DNA from: Mobula birostris
Taxonomy: Eukaryota
Direction: 5' to 3'
DNA: 64,000 nucleotides
Assembly (NCBI RefSeq): GCF_030028105.1
Contig: NC_092379.1
Span: forward strand, 23,801,821 to 23,865,820
How positions within the stretch are numbered: the stretch's first letter is position 1; each line of letters starts with the position of its first letter. This document shows, piece by piece, positions 49,250 through 61,333 of this stretch. The position numbers and the translations under genes were made by a program. The notes beneath the pieces were generated by a model. That model ran no database searches. It was not told where the DNA came from and saw nothing but the letters and a program-made list of their open reading frames with translations.

Positions 49250-50666
49250 GGAAATGCTCAACTGCCCTTTTCACGGCCTGCTTGTTTCTTTCGTGCTATT
49301 CCATATCAGTTCTAATAGCCTTGGACACATCCTCGGGGAGACACTGCAATATCATCGAATTAAACTTGGGCGAAGCATTGCCGGCATTATAAGCGGCATC
49401 TCCAGCGTAGGTTGCATAGAGGGAGCAGAAGCGTCCCCAAAAATCGCAGCCGTCCTCCTCCGCCTTTGGGCGGCATTGGAGGACCTTAACGGTGTCTATG
49501 GGGCGCTGCAAAACCTTCTTTAGAGCCTTCTTTATTTTATCCATCTGTTCTGCGGGTGGGGTTGCGGTGGAAAAGGACTCCCAATTGGCATGATTCCCCA
49601 TAGCTCCCAATCATTTCTCCTGCTCACTGGTCGTAAGAGCCATGCAGTACAAGCTAAAAAGATCCCTGTGAGTCCCCTGAAACATTTGGATTGTGCCAAT
49701 CATATAATCGATAAATACCCCAGGATCATTTTTCCTGTTGGGGGCCTGATTCATGATCATACCCATTTCCTGGGGCTTCCAAGGAGTATAAGCCTGCATG
49801 GTAGCCGCCTGGACCGGCTGTTCTACCCTAGGATTGGGAAAGGTCCTGTTAGGAGATTGCCCCGCGATCCCTCTCCCCCTGGGTCCGGGGACCCACTCGG
49901 GATCGTCATCGTCAATACCAGAGTCATGGTCAGTATCCGTCTCAGGGTCTATCAGGGTCCGTGTCCCACCAAAAGTTTTCGCCGCCTCCTAGCCTGGCGC
50001 CTATTACTTCCCCTTCGCTGAAGTTGTCCTCTGGTTCGGGAGGCAATTGGGTATTTGGAGGCGGCTGGGGTTGGGCAGTGGTAACGTTATGTGGGGGTGC
50101 GGGGCCGTGGGCCTGGGTCGATTGTGCCATACCTCCTCCTGCTCAATCTCATTATCATTAAAGAGCATGGGCAGTCCAGACAGGTCAAGAGGTACCTCAG
50201 TTTTATCTTTGCCGGCTTCATCCTCAAACTTCCGTCTATCCTCAGTCAACCTATCTCTTGTCTCCCTATCCTGTTTTTCCTTATTCTTATCATAATCCTC
50301 ACACCGTCCTTTTAATATCTCCCACAGTTTCGAATTTCTTTCATTGTCACATACAGTAATCCCTCTGCGACGTACGTTATTTTCCCAACTACTTTGATTA
50401 GATCTGTTATTTAATTCTTCGGCCGTTTCTCTCCGATTGGACATTAAAACCTTCCATTTATGTCCGGTATTACGTTTCCAAACTGCTTCTTCTGCCTTTA
50501 GACATTTATCTATATATCAGGTTCCACCCAGAGCCTAAATTTCACTCCCCAACTTCTTATTTAAGCATGCTGATAACCTTCAGTAATCATTCTCCCTCTC
50601 TGGTTCATCCTTACAAAGTTTAAACAATGGCGTGTTATTTACAGACTTATCTAATGGTTGCCCCAT
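49250..50666 (-). pseudogene. gag: ERV gag (MA-CA), broken by stops
   Basis: Start ATG GGG CAA (MGQPLDKS, Gly2) at 50666; Pro-rich linker; CA ORFs 49296-49799; joined directly to RT. Confidence 0.78.
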
Positions 50667-52220
50667 ACTTCCTAGTCGGGTTGGTCACCCGCCTCCTTTT
50701 CTCACTCCCACTTCAGGTTCCTGACCTTCGCTTGCGGGATTTCCCCTCTTAACAATCGGTCTAAGGCTGGATGCTGATACTTCTGAGTGCGGCTTTACCA
50801 CCTTATAATCTATAACCCCTACTCCCCGTCATTCTTGTGCCGTGTCCCTCTGCACCCACTTCAAGGTCCTGACCTTCGTGTGGGAGATTTCCCCTCTTAA
50901 CAACCGGCCTAAGGCAAAGTGCTGAGACAGGCAAATTGTCACAACTGTACCCCGAAATGTATTTACATCATGCGGATAGCTTGCAGGGTAGAGCCTCTTC
51001 CCCTGTGTTTGGCCAAACGTCTGCTCTATCCTGTGGTGGTTAATTTACTGTGTCTCACGCCCAGGACCCCCACGCCAATTACATTGGTTACCATTTCCAA
51101 AATTTAGTAGGTTAGTACCGCTAACCCGCTGACCAATTTGCTGTAAAGCACTCAAAGAAATATATAATAGATCACTACCAATGATCCACTGCCCGATTTG
51201 TTAGCACCGGCAGGCTTTGATACTCGCAATACTTCGTCGGGGACTCTAACTCCTTACCTTACACTATGTCCAGGGCTCCAACCCCTCCTTTAACCTATGG
51301 TACTCGGGCAATCCTCAACTCTGGTTTAGGAAGGAGTCCGTCAGAGGATTGCACACCAGACGAGGGGATCGTCAAGGTGGGCAATTAATAAGAGAAGTCA
51401 AGGTAACTCCTACCTGGTGGGTCCACCCGTCTCAGATCACCGCCACCGAGTCGAACTCTGACGCCGCCTCACGGGGATGCCTCGTCTTGGACTCCTGGCT
51501 TTGGCTTGCTAGATTGTCGTACTGAATCGACAGGTGCAAAGAGAATCGTACCACAAATACACTAACACACGTAATTCTTTTTCAAACCTTTATTTTTTAC
51601 TCATAGCGTGCTATTGGGGAAGTTACAGACTGATCTCCCAAAACAGCCAGTGCAGACACTGCCCCCGAATTACAGAATTCTCCACAAATTATAACATTGA
51701 TCAGGTTGCATGAAATCTTACGATTACAAGTTCAGATAATACTAGAATCATTTCAATTACATGCTAAGATACCATTATATGTCAAATAATCATTGGCTAA
51801 ATAGTTATAATTATTTTAAGCCAATGATAGCCCATCAGTTCATCATTCAGACACCTTCCCCTTTTTCCCAGAACAGTCTAGCCCTTACACTATACTTCCC
51901 ATATTTAGCTATACCTTGAGATGCTTCTGCATGATCAGATAGTTCTTTATTTGACCCTTTGCCTATCTTTAGAGAACAATGACTGGCACGTCACCGGTTG
52001 CTGGGTAAAGCTTCTTTTTGACTGTCCAAAACATAAGCTAAGGCGCCCACAAGGAGATTGATCATTGGTTAATCATTGTTCTTAGTCTATACCCCTATTT
52101 ACCTATCCCTTCACTCCATCACCTGTACCTATTTCCAGACTATGCACTCCGGATCCGATTTATACCTGTGGTCGAAGGGTAATGATCGGCAGAATCGAAC
52201 GAAGAGGCTAGTGAAAAGTG

Positions 52221-52295
52221 TTCTGTTGCAGTAGATATTGAGAGCCGTTAGCTCTCACACTGAGGCACACCATGAAATAGCCGATATGATACACC
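52221..52295 (-). other. Candidate degenerate D1
   Basis: GGTGTATCA-12-CATGGTG [TGC] CTCAGTG-28-GCAACAGAA. Confidence 0.4.
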
Positions 52296-52677
52296 GACGG
52301 ACGGTAACGTCCGACCCTCTTGCTATCTCTCAGCAGATCACCTTCAGTCAAATCACACCAGAACACCATTGTTTCTCTTGTCATTAATGTTCTGCATACC
52401 CCGATCATCTATTGTAACATGCAGACGAAGGAACGACACCTGACAAGGTGGATCATTGAACCCATTTCCACTCAGGGCGCTTGGCTCCCAGCTGCCGTCT
52501 GAAATGATCCGCCGAGACCCTTGGCCCATCCATCCAGCATCTCCTTTCTGGAATCACCGCTGAAAACCCGCTTTCCATTGCATGGACGAGCGGATGTGGC
52601 CCTTAACGACCGGGATACAGCTGTGGCGATAACTACTGACCATTCTCTCTGCGCCCTACCGCTCGGTGATTTCACTG

Positions 52678-52716
52678 GGTTTTTGTGCAGTTCTACTCCC
52701 GATCGCTCTCACCGTG
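52678..52716 (-). promoter_or_regulatory. 23-bp-spacer RSS of V3
   Basis: CACGGTG-AGAGCGATCGGGAGTAGAACTGC-ACAAAAACC. Confidence 0.93.
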
Positions 52717-53201
52717 TGTTTCGCACAGTAATAGGTGGCCGTGTCGTCCAGTATTAGGCTGTTTATTTGCAGATAAACTGTGCTGCTGTCCTTGGAAACC
52801 TCGAATTTGCCTTCGACTCCAGGAGCGTAATCTTTGTTACCGCCACCCCAGACAACGGCCACCCATTCCGGCCCTTTCCCTGAGACCTGTTTCACCCAGT
52901 GCACGTCATTGTTGCTGAGCCTGAACCCACTGACCGCACAGGTCAGTCTGTGGGACTGTCCGGGTTTTACCATCTCCGACTCGGGCTGTTTCAGCACGAT
53001 ATCGGACTGCGCGTCTGTCAACAAAAGAAGAGTAGAAATTGATAAAAATGTTCCAGGAGCATAGATTCACAAAGCCTCCTAGAAACAGTTTGCCTCGGGT
53101 AGATAATAAATTGTGAGACAGACACCTGGAAGACAAAGCAGGAGGAGACAGAAATAAGGAATGCCCCATATCTTGCTGAGCACAGAATCCGACTTCGACA
53201 T
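52717..53201 (-). CDS. Intact IgH V segment V3 (IgW-like): leader 53126-53201, V exon 52717-53014
   Basis: [74 protein letters not shown]; GT/AG intron; no stops. Confidence 0.93.
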
Positions 53202-53400
53202 TTTTGAGATCAGCGGCTTTAGTTGAGACCGGATTTATTGCGATCCGCCGAGAGCGCTGTTCAAATAGAGACATAGACTGCCAGTAAGAGGCGGAGCCGC
53301 GGTTTGTAAAGGCTCCCACACAATGAAACCAGAGACAGATTCCTGTCCCCGCCCCCAGCAGAACTTACAATTTTCAAAAATATATTCGTCTCTGCACAGG
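53202..53400 (-). promoter_or_regulatory. Putative V promoter, conserved before V1-V3
   Basis: TATA-like (A)ATAAAT ~40 nt upstream of the ATG and a GC box GGGGCGGGG; no ATGCAAAT octamer. Confidence 0.45.
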
Positions 53401-53444
53401 AGACAGGTCAGCGGCAGTGACCGGATCCGGATTGACAGGGCTGA

Positions 53445-53750
53445 GGGTCACCAGCCAGTGGACAAACGTCACCCTGTGAGATAGGAAGTGTGAGACACCG
53501 GTCAGTGGGCAGAGATTCATCTGAGAGACAGGAACTGAGAGATTCTAGTCAGTGGACTCGTGCTGCCGCCCCACCCCCGATACAGCGACTAACTGACTAG
53601 TCCGTGGACAGTGAAATTATGAGAGACAAAGACTGAGAGACTCCAGTTAGTGGACAGATATCGCTCTGAATGACAGGGACTGAGCACACTAGTGAATGGG
53701 CAGATGTCCTCCTTTGGGACACCGTTCGAGAGACACTGGACTGTGCACGG
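53445..53750. repeat. ~46-bp degenerate array upstream of V3
   Basis: Repeated AGTGGACA cores. Confidence 0.7.
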
Positions 53751-54589
53751 AAATGTAATAAACAAAAAGCTCATGGTGTATATGTGATTATCCAGTTGTC
53801 ACCATATTAAGACTAATGTTGGCAAACGCGTAGGGTCACGAAAGGATGACATCGGCAGCTGATATTTGAATATGCTCATGTTTACAGAGGGTCATTTAGA
53901 AGTTAGAAGTTGGGCCATCGACATGAATGCATAATCATATGTGAAGCCAAGATATTAGCTGCACGGCATCTAATATCTTGGCTAAGTGGTTACTGAGTTT
54001 CCAAGAGTGGAGAATAGATTACACCTGTTGCCTGAAATGGAGGACCTTAATTACATGGAGAGGTTAAGTAAGCTGGATGTATTTTCGCTGGAAGGCTAAA
54101 ACTATTGTTGTTGAAGTTTATAAAATCGTGAGCAGTACGGATGCAGCCAAATTCCGTTTCCCAGGCCACACGAGGTCACAACCAGAGGGCAGATGTTTCT
54201 GGTGAGAGGGTCAGAATGTAAAGAATATCTTAGCGATATTATCCCATACACGGGGCTACGCTTATTCGAAAGACCTTCCAGGTAAGGTGGGGCAGCTGAT
54301 ACACTACGTTGTTTTAAAGACAGCTGCGAAGGTGAATGAATAGGAAAGGCAGAAAAGTGATGGGTGATACACCTACAAATGAAATGATGGTATATAGGCA
54401 TATCGGGAGTCCGAAAAATCCATTTCCTGTGCTGTAACATATTTTGATTCTCTTCCACGGCATCCTGTACACGCTGAAATATTGTAACCTGAAGTATTAT
54501 GTTACTTGCCCCTCTGTCAGTACTTTTAACGTGGTGATAATGGTGGTCATCCTGGACTACCGGGTATTTCTTCCTTCTCTGTATTTGGA

Positions 54590-55202
54590 TTTAGATTAGA
54601 TTATGAAGACACGCAGTCCTCTTTTATTGTCATTTAGTAATGCATGCATTAAGAAATGATAAAATATTTCTTCCGCTGTGATATTACAAAATACAGGACA
54701 GACCAACAAAACAAAACTAACAAAACCACATAATTATAACATACAGTTACAACAGTTCAACAATACCATAACTTGACGAAGAAGTCCATGAACACAGTAA
54801 AAAGTTCAAAGTCTCTCAAATGTTCCACATCTGTCGCAGACAGGAGAAGGAAGAAAAAACTCTCCGTGCCATGCCCGACCACAGTCACGACTCTGAGTCA
54901 CCTGAAAACTTTGAGCCTCCGATCAATTCTTCGACACCACGTACTGAGCGCTATCTCTGTCCGAACGATTCGACCTCAATCTCGTTCGCCAACAGCATGC
55001 AACGCCGGGGATTTTGAGGCCTTTCCTCCGGAAGATTCCCGACCGCACAGTAACAACAGCAGCGAACTTGCGTTTCAGAAATTTCTCCAGATGTTCCTGT
55101 GTGCTTTCACGTCTACCTCCATCAAATCAGAATTGTACATGGTCCCTGTTTAACGGATACGATATCATTTTTCACCGGAGGGCTGCGCACGCGCGGCACG
55201 CT

Positions 55203-55242
<40 letters not shown>

Positions 55243-55250
55243 GAACACCC
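54590..55250 (-). mobile_element. Copy-specific insertion with (CTAAT)n-like tail and (CT)n microsatellite
   Basis: Absent in paralog at ~23985; family not identified. Confidence 0.55.
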
Positions 55251-57294
55251 GACTTCGGTAGGTAATTTTATTCAAATTAATTTGTTCGTGTATTTACTCT
55301 CCAACTGTTATTCGACAATCACTTTATACGGTCGATTTCTACCTTGGACCGTGTTTATCCCTTCCCTGCCCAACCATTTGATCCACAATGCTTCCTCTTT
55401 CTCGTTCCAAATTCTGACGGAGGTTCTTTGAACTGAAACATTAACTCACGTTTCTCTCTTGCGGTGCATATGATCTGACCTCGTGAGCATTTCCAGATTT
55501 ATTTTTGAAATCCCAACGTCTGTTTTTTTTCCCAATTTGTTATGACAAAAATGTTTTTCCGTGGGTGGGTAATGACTCAAGCATTAAATTCCACAGACAG
55601 CCCCTCTTGAGATTAATAATATAAGACTGTAACACTCAGTACATAGACTATAGAACTGTATAGGCAATGCCCGTTTAGCTTGCCCTTGTCTGTGGAAATC
55701 ATGATGCTCTTTTTAACCAGCATATCAGCCTACTGCCTGCATGATGTATTGTCTATGAAATTGTCTCTTAGATGTTGCATTCGTATCCGCTTCCATACGT
55801 TCTGCTGAAGTTCCAGGTACTTTCAGTCTTCGCATTAAAAAAAAAAAATCGTGTATCCTCTCTTTCATCTTAAATCAATGTGTCCGAAGATTTCACGGCT
55901 CCACCCTGGCATAAATACACTGATTATCTTCCCTGTCATTCTCTGATATTATGTATTTCACCAGGTCGTCGACGGGCATTACTGTTCAATATAATGCAAT
56001 TGCAGTTTGTCTAAACTCACTTATATACCATACAAGCTAATCCAGATAACATACAAGTGACCCACTTCTGTGCCATATCCAAAACCTCATATCCTTCCTA
56101 AAATGTGACGACAAGAACTGCTCGCAATACTAAAAATGCGGCCGATCGAAAAATTTGCATAGCGGCAATTTTATTTGCTCAGATTTATACTCATTGACGC
56201 GAGCGATAACGGGATATATATTGTAGCTTCATTTAGCACACTACTTCCAGAGGCGCAAAGACTTGTAGGGTTTGAAGGCTTGTGTGTCTCAACGACTCTG
56301 AAGGCCCTGTGCTCTGTCGCTTCGTAGGATCACTTATGCCATACAGATCACTCTGTAGAGGGTGCGAAAAGAGCGATAGACCGGTCCTCTAGGACCGTGG
56401 GCTGGGGTTCAGCTCAGTGCCAACAGCCATGACAAGGGAAAAAAGGACGAAGTGTTTCTCGTTTGAAGTGACACACTGAAGAAGCACTTAGCAATCTAAT
56501 CCCTCTCCAAAACATCTGCTGAAGTCCCAGGTGCTTTCAGTCTTTGCATTTTTTAAAGTTTCTGTTTTTTCCCTCTTAATATTGTCTCTTTCATCTTAAG
56601 TCAATGTGGCCGACAATTTCAGGGCTCCACCTTGGTATTAAAGATACCATATATATCACCAGCTCGGCCGACAGGCTTTATTGCTCAAGAAGATGCAATT
56701 CTAGTTTGTCTAAGCTCCCCTAATATATCATACAAGCCAATCCAGAAAACATACAGTTGACCCATTCTGTGCCACATCCAGAACCTCGCATCCTTCCTAA
56801 AATGTGACGACGAGAACTGTTCGCAATACTCAAAATGTGGTAGAGCCAAAATTTTATACAGCTGCAATATTGTCAGCAAATACTCAATGACAGGAGCAAA
56901 AACATGATACATGCTTCAGGCTTCATTTCGCACACTCCTCCTAGAGATTCGGAGGCTTGAGTGCCCGAATGACCCTGAAGGCCTTGTGCTCTGTCGCGTG
57001 GTAGGTTCCCTCATACCATGCAGATCAAAGTGTACAAGTTGCGCTAAGAGTGATACACCGGTACTCTAGGTCCGGAGGCGGGGGTTTAGCTCAAGGCCAA
57101 CAGCCCCGACAAGTGAAAAAATAGACGAAAGTGACCCTCATATGAAGAGACACACAGCAGAAGCAATTGCTGATTTGGGGAAGGCGCTGGGATATTTTGG
57201 GGTTATAGAAGTCAATGAAAAACAAATTGGTTTAAGCGGAATAAATTCAGTAAAATAACAAAAAATGGAAAAGCGTAGTTTCCACGAATCAGTC

Positions 57295-57572
57295 TGACAT
57301 AATTTGGTGAAAGTTCATTGATGTGAAACAGTAACTCTGTTTCTCAAAACGCACAAGTTCCCTGAGCTGCCCAGTGCTGGAATTGCAGGAGGTCATTCGG
57401 GCAGATTTGCAGCCGAAGATCCCATTCATCCCAGAATCAACAGGCGGTGAGTGCATTTTGTCTGTATCTGTGTTCCTTGGGCACTTAAAAAAAAAAAATC
57501 ACCGGTCAAACTGACAGCCGGGAGCTGGGCTGAAGGGGGATGCTGGATGTGCATGTGTCAGCTCAGAAAAAA
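57295..57572 (-). pseudogene. Decayed C1-set exon relic
   Basis: HSPPVDSGMNGIFGCKSARMT resembles the C1 D/E strands (PP..NG.F...S.L). Confidence 0.45.
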
Positions 57573-58209
57573 ACATGCAACGAAATAACGTTTGGGTATG
57601 TGTACAAGATAATCGAGGGAGAATCAACAGATCAGGTGAACTTCGATCTGATTGTTGTCTGTATTGTATCAACTTGATATAGCGGGTAACGTGAACAACA
57701 GGCGGGCAATTTTAGTTAGTCATCATCTGGACTCTGTGCTTTTCTGGTAAAGTCGGAATGAATTATACATATGGGTCACCATTCAGAGAGCCTTTGGAAG
57801 CAAACACATTGATAGCCCAGTGGTCATAATGAGACTCGCAGGGTAACGCTGAGAGAGTTCTTTCCTCAAGTTTATCAGTAATTCTGAAAGGATATCCTTA
57901 CTAATGGCGAGACTTAAAAAAATACAAATTGCTAAGATGTTAGAAATCTGACCGCCGATCCAAATCTGTTGCAGATCATTTTTATCTGAGTTTAAATTTG
58001 TAGATTTTTTTGAGGTGGTATTCGCTGCTCGTCCATCCCCTGCCCTACTCACCTGATTTCATTTGCTGCCCTATTTTCCATAGTCCGAAATCCAACCTTC
58101 TGCTTTCCCATTGGATCACTCTATAGATCCTGTCCTAGACAATCTTTCCACTTCGAGAACATCACAAGAATAGCCTGTGTGTTTGTTATTACCTTAACGT
58201 TTATTGATT

Positions 58210-59183
58210 TTTTTTTGTGCGCAGAATGGCTCCACATTCTCTGCTCTGCAACGGGGCCGTATTTTGCAACTACGTCATTGCCCTTGAAGTGCTCGGTCAC
58301 AATGTCAAGTCTGTACCTCACAACTACTCTTACCGACTTGCTGGTATATCTGGTTTCACTCCTTGGGAAAGGTTTCACTTCTAATGTAATGGTTTTTCTG
58401 TAGCAGCATCGTGCTTGGGGTATGACTAGAGATAAACGGGGCACGGAATGTGCGGCGTCCATTGAGGGGAATGATGTTCGTTCTTGTGTGCCCGACAGCG
58501 AGTGACCTCGCGGGCTTTTGTTCAGAAGAAGATGGAGAGGGAAGATGCCACAAAGGGGAAGTCGGAGACTGCAGGACGGAGTGGACCTGGAAAGCGGTTA
58601 GGAGTCGACGACGCGCCGGTGAAATCGATGGAGAACGAACAGACGGAAAACAGTTAGCTCCATCTTGAGCATTAGACTGCTGTATTAAACAGGACCCCTT
58701 TTCTTTTTGTTTTCCTTACTAACCCTAAAATCAAATTGAGAATTATAAAGCTCAATCGTTTAATTGCATATTGTGTAATGTCTGTTATTTCGAGGTACTG
58801 ATTTATAACAGGTGAACACATCACGCTGCAGACACATAAACAACATTTCTCAAGTTGTCCAGGCCGGAGGCTGTCGACCGCTAGACTAACGCCGCTGGTC
58901 GAAACTAAGGGTTGCACCGGTTTATGTGGAACGCACTTGTTAAACGAACCCACTCAGGATGTAGGACGGCTTGGAATTATAGTGGCGGCTCGCCTGTGAA
59001 CTGAGAGCAAACAGTTCTTTTGAACAGCAAAGTTCAATTCATGTCCCGTGAGTGTATGACGTTTCAGGTTAGGGGAAGTTTCACTCTTTGTTTACGCTCT
59101 AATGGCCCTGCCCTGGCTGGGATGGATAATGAAGAGGAATCTTTTGAACTAGTCTGTTTACTCTGGGGTTCTCGATGCAACCC
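58210..59183 (-). pseudogene. Two decayed C1-set exon relics (~58210-58586, ~58860-59183)
   Basis: HLPSPSSSEQ..; RYRLDIVTEHFKGNDV followed out of frame by SCKIR; paralogs of 26.9-27.9 kb. Confidence 0.42.
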
Positions 59184-59684
59184 CCATGAGGAAGAATTAC
59201 CTAGATACACAGGATAAATACTGATTCCATTCAGTGACAGAGCAGAGAGTGAGGCCATTCATCCGACAGTATTTGTGCTAAGTTTTAGCTGATGAAACCC
59301 AATAAAACAATTGATCTCTCTGCTCTGTCTCAAAACGAAAATCAGATTCCCGCCAGTTCTCTCTCTACACTCGCTTATAGACATCACGATCATACAGTCA
59401 GTGTTTTTCAGACCAGAACTGTTCGTGAATAAACGTACCCTTAAATGGACTCTCATTACAGATTAATGTCTTGAAATTCACACTCCGCAAGCTAACTACC
59501 CTATACCCAACACCCATCCGACGATGCAAGGATGCTTGGAATTTAGGAAGGCCTTGTGGCTTCATTTCCCTGCATTAATATTTCTATACCACTACCCTCT
59601 GCCTTCCCAACTCCAAAATTTATCCTCCCCGTACACCATCTGCACATCCATCAGGAAGTAAAACTAAAATCTTACATCCATCAA

Positions 59685-60060
59685 TTAATCCTCAGATATC
59701 GCCTGTACCACAGATGCATCCTTGGACAGACTTCACACTGAACATTACATGATAGAGGTGACACCCACCTGTACCAGGAAGGCCAGGCCATTGTCTGGGG
59801 ACAAATGGAAACAGCGCATAAAAGCCAGGACAAACAGGCTACGGGACAACTTCTTCAACCAGTCCACCAAACTGCTTAATACATGCTGACGCAAATGTAT
59901 TTCTATGTTATATTGACTATCTTGTTGTATATAATATTAATTATAAACTACCATATTTTCACATTGCACGTTTCAACGGAGACGGAACATAAACATTTAC
60001 TCCTCATGTATATGCAGGATGTAAGTAATACAGTCAATTCATTTCAATTCAGCTCATTTC
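59685..60060 (+). mobile_element. Rex1-like LINE 3' fragment abutting J
   Basis: ARTNRLRDNFFNQ; CAATT tail. Confidence 0.68.
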
Positions 60061-60140
60061 AAGATACCGTCAGCGTGGTCCCTCCTAGTAGGCAAGATAT
60101 TCACACTGCTCCGTCTCCCCATTCACCCAACGCAGTAACT
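60061..60140 (-). pseudogene. JH pseudogene with 23-RSS
   Basis: AGTTACTGC-23-CAGTGTG, then ..TAC TAGGA GGG ACC ACG CTG ACG GTA TCT. Confidence 0.78.
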
Positions 60141-60464
60141 TCAGTTGTCCACTAACTCCACTAATCTCAGAAAAGTGTCAACGTGATCCTAGACCGGAAG
60201 CAGGTACTTCCTGGAATTTTATCTGAAATTCCAAGCCTGTTTCTTCCTGGCCTGTGAATAAAAGAGGCATTTTCACAGCATTCCTATCTGCGGACACCGG
60301 TTCCCGCCATTCCGCAGAATTAGACTTGAAGCCATTTGGGCTTATACTTGCCCAGAACATTTGCATTAACAGTCTGAGCCAGCTTTCAGGGATTTGACTC
60401 TGGGAGGCAGCAATGCGAAATTCTTAGAGACAGACTGCGGTGCAGACTTCCATTTGTCGGGACC

Positions 60465-60528
60465 AGGTTTTGTCGAGCTCCCCATCACCCTGGTGCATAT
60501 CACGTTGCTTCAATGCAGGTCATAATAA
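60465..60528 (-). other. DH segment (D2-type), core ATATGCAC
   Basis: CAACGTG [ATATGCAC] CAGGGTG-12-ACAAAACCT. Confidence 0.7.
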
Positions 60529-60849
60529 GACTTGGTCATATCCAGTCCCAAATCTAGAGGATCGCCGAGCCCCCAGCAGATTTATTAAACTCACCCTCAG
60601 TGTCTGGGAGTTCCACACAGCGGGTCTGATTCTCAGCCATCTCAGTCCTGAAGTGGAGATGATATAAACAACCGGACCTTTCTCTGGGCCTTAACTGGCA
60701 GCTCCTCCTCTGTCTTTCCGTTCGCATTGAATCTCATTTCTAGTGGTACATGTTTCTCATTCCCAGATTATGCACTCGTGAACTGATTTATATCCATGTA
60801 TGCCAGGGTAAAGGCCGGCAAAAGCGAACGAAGGGCGTGATTACAAGCG

Positions 60850-60966
60850 TTTTGTTGTAATAGTCATAGTCATACTTTATTTTCCCGGGGGAAATTAGTT
60901 AATAGATATGGAGGACAACCACCTTTCACACTGAGGCACACCAAGATATAGCCGTTGTGATAAACC
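60850..60966 (-). other. Candidate degenerate D1 with a micro-insertion in the 3' spacer
   Basis: GGTTTATCA-12-CTTGGTG [TGC] CTCAGTG; 37-bp insert with AATAG TSD. Confidence 0.4.
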
Positions 60967-61333
60967 GATGTACGATAACCTCCACCCCTGTCACTGCCTC
61001 TCAGCGCAGTCGCTCTTCAGTCAAACCGCACTAGAACACCAAAGAGTCTCTGATCATTAATGTTTCTCATAGCCGGACCATTTACTGTCACGTGTAGACG
61101 AAGGACAGACACCTGAGAAGGTGGATCGGTGAGCCCATTCCCACCACGGCGCTTGGCTTCGAGCTGCCGTCCGAAGTGATCCGCTGAGCCTTTCGGCCCA
61201 TCCATCCAGCATCCCTTTTGGGGAATCCACTCTGAGAACCCGCCTTCCATTGCGTGGACGAACGGATATAACCCAGAACGACCGGGGTACGGCTGTGGCG
61301 ATCACTGATGCCCTGTCCTTCATCCCCACGGTC

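Larger units (their letters stand above)
45695..52121 (-). mobile_element. Defective class I ERV, copy 2, with both LTRs and TSD
   Basis: 3' LTR 45695-46208, 5' LTR 51515-52121, TG...CA ends; TSD CCTG at 45691-45694 and 52122-52125; degenerate Arg PBS ~51490-51511. Confidence 0.95.

Noticed and set aside
52717-53014. IgNAR or NAR-TCR V assignment
   Set aside because: The V has a full FR2/CDR2 ([13 protein letters not shown]) of conventional VH type.
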